From NCBI GenBank assembly GCA_964016885.1, contig OZ024741.1, positions 348,006,001 through 348,070,000 of the forward strand: 64,000 nucleotides of DNA. Direction: 5' to 3'. The position numbers and the translations under genes were made by a program. The notes under the pieces are model-generated. The model searched no databases. It worked only from the letters and a program-made list of their open reading frames with translations, and was not told where the DNA came from. Shown here piece by piece: positions 54,199 through 64,000 of the stretch. This stretch comes from Eledone cirrhosa (taxonomy: Eukaryota). The first letter of the stretch is position 1, and every line of letters starts with the position of its first letter.

Positions 54199-55066
54199 CG
54201 AGGTGTATCAGAAAAGTTCCAGGACTGATGTCACAAAAGATTTATTTCAAACCCAAACTTTACACTAAGAGTTTTCTCCTTCAAATTAATCCATCTGAAG
54301 TCTAATTCCCTTTTCCATCCTTTTCTGCCACTCTTGCATGCACTCCTTGAAGGATTCTTCCGAGATCCTCCGCAATTCCGTCGTCACGGTCTCTTTGATG
54401 TCGTCCACGTCTTCAAAACGGATCCCCTCCGGGTCGTACTCGAAGATCCATGACTCACCGGTGCTGACTGTCGCTAGAAGACTGGTTCGGTTTCAAGATG
54501 CTCGAGGATGTCTTGGCACACTTGCATGCGTCGTCCCTTCTGTTCATCGTTCAGCAGTTTTGACACCATCTACGCGCAGACTTTCTGCATGTCCAAATCT
54601 TCAGTGAGAATCTTCCAGACGCTGTCCCGATTCATGCCCAGCTCATTTGTCGAACAGTCAGTCGACGATCGATACGCACCATCTGCCTGACGCGCTCAAC
54701 GTTGAGCTCAGTCCTGGTTGTTGAGGGACTTCCTCTCCTGGGGTCATCTTGCATCAATCAAAAACACGTGAGCGTGACATCGTCTCATCTCCATACAGTT
54801 GCTGCAGCAATCCCAGTGCTTCTGACGGAGTTTTCCCCACCCGTACCAGAAACTTCAAGTTTTTTCGCTGCTCTGTGGCCATTGGTTGACGACCTAAACC
54901 AGAGGAGATGTATATAAAATAATGAAGAAAAAAGTTTGATCGCTGCAGAGAGCTAAGATGCATACTCCAAGGGGAATACTTTGAAGGAGAAAACTCTTGG
55001 TGTGAAGTCTGGGTTTGAAATAAATCTTTTGTGACATCAGTCCTGGAACTTTTCTGACACACCTCG
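54199..55066 (-). mobile_element. Internally deleted mariner (Tc1/mariner) element
   Basis: TIRs CGAGGTGTRTCAGAAAAGTTCCAGGACTGATGTCAC... (~86 bp or more); TA at the right flank, CA at the left. Transposase remnants EQR.NLKF.V..GKT..E, MSRSRVF and GESWIFEYDPE. Confidence 0.9.
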
Positions 55067-55216
<150 letters not shown>

Positions 55217-55233
55217 AATATATATATATATAA

Positions 55234-55292
<59 letters not shown>

Positions 55293-55542
55293 TATATGTG
55301 TGTGTGTGTGTGCGTGCGGCATAGTGTTTGTGTGCAGGACGTGGTTTGATGACGTAGGCTTGTTTCCAATACGATTAAGCAGACTATACGTCATACAAGC
55401 TAATAGACAATTTAGACATCTATAGTGGTATACTTAAGTGTTACCTTGTACATTTACACAAAAATGTATGTAAAATAATATATATATATATTGTTTTAAA
55501 TACATATATATATTTATTTATTTATATACACACACACACATA

Positions 55543-55627
<85 letters not shown>

Positions 55628-55670
55628 GAACTTATATGATGTATATATATATATATATATGTATACATAT

Positions 55671-55707
<37 letters not shown>

Positions 55708-56054
55708 CATACATACACATGTATGAATGCATGCTTGTATATAGGCCAGTGAGCCTTATATTAATATATTTTGACGTATATTATATATTTTGTCTCGCTT
55801 AACCAAAAGAAGTGCGTATTGATTTTGACATATATTAACTTAAAGTTTTATATGTTCGCTTTACAATACAATACAGTCTTCAAGACTTTTACCTATCTAC
55901 CTATCGATAACTCTTATTTACCTACCTATGTGTATGTCTTAAAAGACCACTTTTCATTCACGTCAATTACTAATGTCTGTAGAACGTAATAAGTTTAACA
56001 TGATTGACCATATATTGTTTTCTCATTGTAAAAGTATAATTATAATAATAATAA

Positions 56055-59000
56055 TGTTTTCTTTATTAACCACAAGAGTTTACATAAAGTAGACATTAAG
56101 GACAGTACAGGACAATAAAGGACGGTTCAAATGGGCATTTCTGCGTATAAAAAAAAATAGAGGATGTAATAAAAAATAACAATGAAAAATTCCCCAATAG
56201 GGCGGAGACTTCCGAAGGACATTTGTGGAGAAAGCCCATTAAAAGGCCACAGTGACACTGACCACCAGGGCAAGTGCCCTCACCCAGTTTTCCACCTTTA
56301 ATTTACAGACAGATACTCAGAGTAGCCCCATTCACTCGGGCCATACTTGCTTCTCTCATCCATCTTTCAACAAAATGCTGGGAAGAGAGCACTTCCGTCT
56401 CTACCCTGATTTTCTTTTTCAAATGAAATTTGAAAAAGTTAATCAGGGCATCACCGAAGAGGTAAGTGTTCGTCTTCAGCCCTTTCAAACGTGTCCACCA
56501 TAATATCTCTTTCGCCATGGCCACCAGACAGATAAAAACTGCCTGCCCTTCCGGGCTAAAGGAAGAGGGCGGGCCATCCTCACGATGGACACAGCTGATA
56601 GCTGGATCCGTCCTACACCTGACAGCAGGTGTTCGACATAAACCCACAAGTCAGCAATGCTCGGACACTGGACGAGTGCGTGCAGGACGGTTTCGTCGCC
56701 CAGCGCGCATCTCGGTCATGCCCGGCTGACGGCACCTCCATGCCTGTAGAGTTTATCCCGAACTGGCAAAGCTCCTTGGTAGCACTGCCAGGCCAGGGAT
56801 TTCTGGAAGTTGTCCATAGGCCCCGGACAGAAAGTCCTTCCGAAGAGATTGGCTACTTGATTTTCGTCGACGCCTAGAGTTTTTCCAAGTACGGCGTCGC
56901 TCTTCCCCTCCTCTAATCCTCTATAGAACGCCAAGGTGGAGTTTCCACCGATCACATTGCCCGATAGGTCGAGGGCTGTGAGCGCCTGAAGACATTCCAG
57001 GTTCCAAGCGCTCCCTCTCTGTCTTCGCTTGACCCAGGACTGCAGCTCCGTCAAGGAGACGAGCTGGGAAAGACGTGTCTAGCAAACGGCGACCACACCT
57101 GATCACCGTCGAGGAAGAGGTGGAGATGTCTTAGCCTGACGCGTATCTGCGCATCATCAGCCACGGCATGCCCAGCCCTCCACGTAGCGGGTGTTGACAG
57201 CAGATGGACCGCCTGACCATCGCAGCGCGTCCCTTCCACAAAAAGAGGGAGTGCAAACGCTCCAGCGCAGATAGGCGGGGCTTAGGACAAGGTACGACGG
57301 TCAGACAGTAGTAGATGACCGACGCGATGTACGCGTTAGCCACCTCTGCTCGACATTTCAGGGATAGCTTCCTCTCCGCCCATTTCTGGGTGAGAGAAGC
57401 CACCCTGCTCGTCACCACGTCCCAGTTTTTGTCCGTCTGGAGGTCCGGACCGAACCAGACACCTAGCAATTTAACCGGTCCGTCCGTCCAGCGCCCCACG
57501 ACGCTATTGGACGGCATGGACCTGCTTCTCCAGGTGCCGAGCTGCAGGCCCACTGACCTTTCCTGGTTGTTCATTGCTCCTGTCACCGCTTCGTATTCTC
57601 TTAGTGTAGTGCCGATCGCCTCGATATATTTGGCGTTCGACACCACTACGGTGACATCGTCCGCATATGCTGACACGGAACTTCAGCATCCTAGTTCGCG
57701 CGGGACCCCCCTCAACGTCTCTAGTTTGTGCAGTAATAGCTCGAGAGTCAATACGTACAACAGGGACGAGAGGGGACATCTTTGGCGGACGGAAAGCATG
57801 ATGTTGAACGGTTCCGAAAGGTGACCGTTCACTCTCACCACAGAGCAGATGTCGCTGTGCATGGCAGCGATTCCAGCCTCTGAACACGGGCACAAAGCCA
57901 GCCGCCCTCAGGACTGCCGCTAAGTAACGATGGTCGATCCTATCGAAAGCTTTCGACTGATCTAAATTGATGAAGGACCCACCTGTTCCATGTTCCCTAG
58001 CTACCCTCTCTACGAATGTATCGCATGAGGTGGAGGTTGTCGTGGATTGATCTGTGGGGAATGGCGCCCTACCACCAGACCACCAACGACAAGCGCCAAC
58101 CTCTTTGCTAGCACCTTGGCCAAAATCTTAAACTCTGTGTTTAGCAGAGTTATGGGCCTGAAATTATCTATGTTATCCACCTTGTTCGGATCCTTTCTCA
58201 GCAGCGCCACAGCTCCTCGGCTCACAGAACTGGGAATTCTCCCGTTCTGTTGCCAGTTTCAGTAGACGTCCGCCAAAAGGCCTCCGAACAAGTCTGGCAT
58301 CTGTACGTAAAGATCATAGGGCAGACCATCCAAACCAGGCGATTTACCCCTTGTGCAGCCAGTCATTGCCTCCCGTACTTCAGCGGCTGCTATCGGCTTT
58401 TCGCAACGCTCCGCCTCAGTGGACGAGAGCCGCGGCAGTCCGTCGAGGTAGACACTAAAATCCATCCCTCGATCCGGCCGGCCGCTGCCCCCGAAGAGCT
58501 GTGCGAAGTGTCGCTGAAAAGCTTCACACATTTTCCCGGGATCAAGTAGCATGCGCCCGTTGTAGTCCACCAAAGACCGGATCGTGGCTTTGTTGCCACG
58601 ACGCGCCTCCGGCACTCGGGCCCATTGAACGGCTTTCGTCCCCTTGTGTCTGAGAGCAAGCACCCTAGCTCTGACAACGCAGCCTTCGTGCTTTGCATTA
58701 AAGAATTGTTCAAGGGCCAATTTCGCCGCAAGTACGTCGATCTCGATGCCTTTGGTAAGGGCCTCGTCTAATTTTCTAACTAATTCTCCCTCTGCTCTAT
58801 TTTTCTCTATTGCTAAAGCCTTACTAAACCTAATGGACTCTATTCTAATTGCTCTTTTCAGAGCAGACCACCACTTGTTGTTGACGATGACCCCCGTCAA
58901 CGCCCGCTTAACTAGTTCGCTAATCCGGTCTCTGTAGGCCTTGCGCGCTGGTAAGGAAGCGTTTAGCTTCCAGTAGCCGGGTCATCGTCTATGAAGCCTA

Positions 59001-61777
59001 TCTAAGTAAAGTACACAAATCAATAATGTGTCTTCCGTGTAGCTGACTATCTTGAATTGTGGACAGCCCATGCTAGACCTATCTATTTCCCTACAAAATA
59101 CTCTATCTAGATATGATCTTGATGACCCTATGCGATTTGTCGAAGTCCACATTGGCACGTTCGGGAAATCCAATCGGTACCTGTCAGACAGTTCAAAACG
59201 CCTGAGCAGGTTGGTCAGACTCTTGCACCCTCCACCCCTATCCGCTAATCCCACACAGTCCCAGCGTGCATCTAAGATCCCGTTCCAGTCGCCCACTAAC
59301 ACTAAAGAACGGTCTCCAGACGCCGGAAGAAATCAGGCCGCCCTGCTCCTGTCGGGGCATAAACGGCCACTATTCTGAAATCTTGCCCGTCTCTGCTGGT
59401 CACGTCTAGCACCACCAACTTACCTTCTGGGTCCAGGAAAATGGCCCGTATGGCGAGATCCAAACCTATCCGAAAAAGCACAGCAAATTCTCCCCCCGAT
59501 CCCGGCGGCTGGGAGATGAGTACACATCGTAGCCGCCGAAGATCCGTGCGAAGGCCCTTGCTTCGGAGATTCTAGTCTCGCTGATGGCCACTACATCTAT
59601 GTTTAGTGACCTGAGATCGTTGAGCAGGTGGCCCTGCTTCCATGACGACCCCAAGCCACGCGCATTTATGCTGCCTATTCTTATTGAGATCATGTTGAAA
59701 TGGAGTGGAAAAGATGGGAAAGACCACTCACCTTACTTCTCGTAGAGAAAGGGTGGTTTGTCCATCCTTTTCACTGCTTGTGGCCTCCTCCGGAAGGATA
59801 TCCTTATAAATCCTCCGGGAGAGTGCTTTTCGGAAGTCTCCGGTGTCTTTGTGGAATTTTTGTTTTAGTGTCATGTACGTTTTCTGTGTGATGCGAGTGA
59901 TTTGTATGTGTGCAGGTGGTGTGAATTTTGGGGTTGTTCTGAAGTCTTTATCTGTGATGCTGGTGTTGTGTTGGATGTAGTGTAATAATTGGTTGTTGTT
60001 CAAATTTAATCCTGTGTAGTGTGTATCGTTTTGGTTGTTTTGTTTTGTTTCCGTTTGTTGTGGGTTTGTTTCTGTTTCGCTTTTTGGTGACTTTTGTGGT
60101 GTTGGTGATGTTGTTGGTGTTTGTGGAGATGGGGTTGGTGATGCTGATCTGGATGGTGGCATATCTGTCCTAACTTTTTAGTTTGATAGTTTATTTGTTT
60201 TCCTCTGTATTTTGTTTTTAGAGGGGGAAGGAAGAGAATTTTTTTCTTTTTTGGTTTCTTTTTTTCATTTTTTCTGATACCGTTTCCCACTCCTCGTCGT
60301 CACAATCTGTCTCCAGTTGAGATAAGCCGGGAAGTGGAAAATCCTCCACAGGCGTTAGCTTTGGTTGTGGCGTGGTGGATGGTGTAGGCGCTGGTGCTAG
60401 TTCTGGCGCGTTGGGTGGTGGTGGGTTTGGTTTTGCTACTGTTGCTGGGATTGTTGCTGTTACAGTTGCTTCTGTTGTTGCTGCTACATGTATTGCTGCC
60501 ATCTCTGCTGCTGGTGGTGTTGATGGTTGAGTCACTGAGGTGGGTAAGAGAGGTGGCCTCAACCTTTTAGCCTGAGGGTAGAAAGCCCTTAGGTGGGTTC
60601 CTTCACCACAAACGACACACCTAGGTCTTCTGCCCTCGACGATTACGGTGAGGTGGCTGCCGTCAGTGAGGTCTATTACCTCTGGGATTTCCTCGATGCT
60701 TGGATCAGGAGCTCCATCCCAGATCTGGATCTGTTCTCCTACTTTTCTTTCGCTATTTCGATTCTCTTGGTGTTGGCTTCGATGCCGGCGAGGACGGCAG
60801 CTATTAGCCAGGGAATTTCGATAGCTTGGGACGAGTGTGAAGTCGTCACTTCTTAATGGGGCCATGGAGTGTTCTCTAGCCTCCTGTGGTGTTTCAAAGA
60901 ACACGTCCACGGTTCCATATTTCTGCCCACGTCTGATGTGGGTTGTTATTGCCCACACATGTCCCAAAAGCATTTTTGGATTTGGGACTCGGATGTTCGT
61001 TCCACTCGGCGCGATTTTATGTTAATTGTTCTATAAGACACGGTGCATAGGCACCGACGCTCCATTTTATTAGGTGGGTGGGTGAGGCTGACCCTGTACC
61101 CATCTTTCTTTACCATTGTTTTGGCTTCTTCTAATTCCTCCTGAGTTACCTGAAATGCTTCGCACTGTTTTGCTACTCTGGCAAAACTCAGGGTGGTTTT
61201 CTTAATTTCATTGTTGTTGTTATCGCTATTTTTGTTATTGTTAATTTTAGTTTCAGTTGTGGTGGTGGTGGCGTCAGTGGTGTTCGGTGTGGAAGAGTTC
61301 ATTTTGGTTGAATTCATTTCGATATCACGATATCACGATATCACGATATATTCTTTTGTTTCTGTTGTCGCGGTGGTGGTGGTGGTGGCGGCTTTAACAC
61401 CTGCAGTCATTGGTAATGGCGGGAAATGAATGTCTGCCTGACACAAATTTAAAATATTGCTACTGCTTATATTTTTAGTGTTGGCAAACGTAGTAATATT
61501 TACCATGGTGGTGTCGGTGTGAGGTGTTAGTTTGTGAGGAAGGAGTGACTCTGAGTCGTCCATGATTTTTCAAAGAAACATTTTTATTTGATAATTATAA
61601 AAGTTTAAATTTTGGGCTCAAGGCCCCAATCTTTTTGGGTGTCATTTTCAAATAACAATGTATGTGCACTTATATACAGTTAACAATAAAAAATTTCCAT
61701 AAATGGCAATTTTAAACAACTGAAAATAACAAACTTTTGCGGAGCTCACGATGATACGATTTACTACGTAGGTCGCC
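56055..61777 (-). mobile_element. Full-length decayed Tx1-like element (ORF2 very close to 34911 copy, ORF1 divergent)
   Basis: Fragmented ORF2 56303-59693 and ORF1 59728-61563; (AAT)n on both flanks. Confidence 0.92.
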
Positions 61778-61811
<34 letters not shown>

Positions 61812-61830
61812 GTAATAATAATAATAATAA

Positions 61831-64000
61831 TGATTTCATTTATTAGCCACAGGGGCCGACATATAGGGGACAATACATAGACAGGGACAGTGGGGGTTTA
61901 CAATAAGGTCGTGTAAAAGTGCACAATGGCAAGACTAATTTAACAATGAAAATATAAAAATATAAAATAAACTATGCACAAATCTAACAAAATGAATTCC
62001 CCGATAGGGGGTGGACGACCCTGGGGTGACTCGGGTACCCCACCAATCTTTAACCACCCTGCGCTTCTAGGGCACCCAGGGAGAGCCCCCCTCTCCTCAA
62101 GTTAGCTAGCCTATATGCGCATGGTCAGAGTAGGCCCATTCACACGAGCCATTCTCGCCACATTCACCCAACTTTTATCAAATGTACTGGGGGAAGCACT
62201 TCTCTCTCCATCCTCACCTTCCTTTCCAGGTGAAACTTGAAGAAGTTGATGAGAGATTGCCCGAAGAGAAAAGTATATGTCTTCAGTCCTTTTAAACTGG
62301 TCCACCATATGACCTCTTTCGCAACTGCCACCAGACATAGGAACATTTCCTGGACTTCCTGACCTAAGCAAGGCGGGGGATAGATCTTCACTATGGACTC
62401 GGCCGATAGCCGGATTCGTTCCACAAGCGACAGTAGCTGTTCGACATAACTCCACAAGTCAGTAATGCACGGACATTGGACAAGTGCGTGCAGAATGGTT
62501 TCGTCGTTCTGTGCGCATCTTGGGCATGTCCGTCTGACAGCACTTCCTGCCTGTAGAGTTTATTCCGAACCGGCAGTGACCCCCGGTAGCACTGCAAAGC
62601 TAGGGATTTCTGGAAATTGTCTATCGTCCCCGGCTCAAAAGTCCTCCGGTACAGACTGGACAGTTCGACTTCGTCGAGGCCGCCCAAACCTTCTCCGAGT
62701 GCGTCATCGCACTTGCCACCACTAATCCTCTATAGAACTCGAGAGTCGAAGTTCGACTGATCGCATTGACCCGCTTGGTAGAGGGCTGTGAGTGCCTGGC
62801 AAAATTCCAGGTGCCAGTCACATAGTCTCGGTCTCTTCTTGACCCAGGACTGCAACTCAGTCAAAGAAATGAGTTGCGGAAAGGCCCACGTGAGAAACGG
62901 CGACCACACCTGTTCACCGTTGAGGCAGAATATCTGGAGATGTCGCAGCCTCAACGCATGCCTGCGCATGATTAGCCAGGGCATGCCCAGCCCTCCGCGT
63001 AGCGGGTGCTGGCAGCAGATGGACCGCCTCACCAACGGAACTTGTCCTCTCTACAAGAATTTGAAGAGGAGCCGTTCCAACTTGACGAGGCGCGGACGGG
63101 CGCAAGACACGACGGTCAGGCAGTAGTAGATGACGGACGCGTTGTACGCATTCGCCACCTCCGCGCGACCTTTCAGTGATAGATTCCTCCCAGCCCATTT
63201 TTGGGTGAGACTGGCTACTCTGCTCGTTACCTCGCCCCAATCCTTTTCCACCTGGAGGTCTGGTCCGAACCAAACCCCGAGCAACTTTACCGGTCCGTCC
63301 GTCCAGTGCCCCACGACGCTGTTGGACGGCATGGGCTTACCTCTCCAGGTTCCGAGCTGCAAGCCCACCCACTTTTCCGGGTTAAATTTGGCTCCTGTCA
63401 ACCTTTCATATTCCTTCAATAAGGTACCGACCACCTCGATTCCTGAGGTGTTCGACACCATCACGGTGATGTCGTCCGCATAATCCGACATCGCCTTTCC
63501 ACGTCCCGGTTCGAACGGGATGCCCTGCAACAGCTCCAGCTTCCGCAGTAAAGGCTCAAGAGTCAATACGTACAGAAGGGAAGAGAGAGATCACCCTTGA
63601 CGGACCGATCGGGAGAGCCGAAATGGTTCCGAGAGGTGGCCATTAACCTTGACCACCGAGCGTGTGCCGCTGTGCATTGCAGCGATCCAGCTTCTGAGGA
63701 CAGACGAATCCATCTGCTTTGAGGACAAACTCCAGATACCGATGGTCAACCCTATTGAATGCTTTCGATTGATCTAAATTTATCAGTGCCCCACCGAAGC
63801 AAGGTTTACACCTTACCCTCTCTATGATGTATCGCATGAGGTGAAGATTGTCGTGTATGGACCTGCCTGGGATTGCGCAAGTTTTCACCTCCCCAACCAA
63901 ATTCTCGACTTCAAGCGCCAATCTCTTTGCTAACACCTTTGCCAACATCTTAAACTCTGTGTTGAGCAGAATTATGGGCCTGAAGTTGTCTAATGTAACC
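61831..64000 (-). mobile_element. 3' part of a third, more divergent Tx1-like element (runs off the window)
   Basis: ORF2 fragments (LDQSKAF, DYADD, KLLGVWFG, LSLKGRAEVANAY), AATAAA, then (TTA)n on the sense strand. Confidence 0.9.

Noticed and set aside
61320-61349. (GATATCAC)n 8 bp tandem in the second Tx1 ORF1
   Set aside because: A local slippage duplication that frameshifts a decayed ORF.

Overview
AT-rich, microsatellite-dense animal DNA with no confidently identifiable host gene. The SINE sequence and repeat landscape resemble Octopus (inferred from memory, not searched). Almost all of it is transposon-derived, in five groups. (1) Penelope-like elements (PLEs; one Naiad-like) and many small non-coding derivatives sit in (TA)n tracts, mostly as fold-back insertions with both 3' ends facing outward, and carry at least 12 recognisable type I hammerhead ribozyme (HHR) motifs. 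(2) R4/Dong-like RLE retroelements and Tx1/L1-clade elements are stacked in (TAA)n tracts with opposite polarity, including one nearly intact 5.9 kb Tx1-like copy. (3) A rearranged non-autonomous Helitron carrying a minisatellite. (4) A deleted mariner and a CR1-type RT fragment. (5) tRNA-derived SINE clusters. Main leads: the HHR/fold-back system in (TA)n, an ORF1/5'UTR module swap between Tx1 copies, a possible in-frame ORF1-ORF2 splice, and a pseudoknotted leader plus a shared in-frame TGA in the Dong-like element. All coordinates were read by eye and may be off by a few bases.
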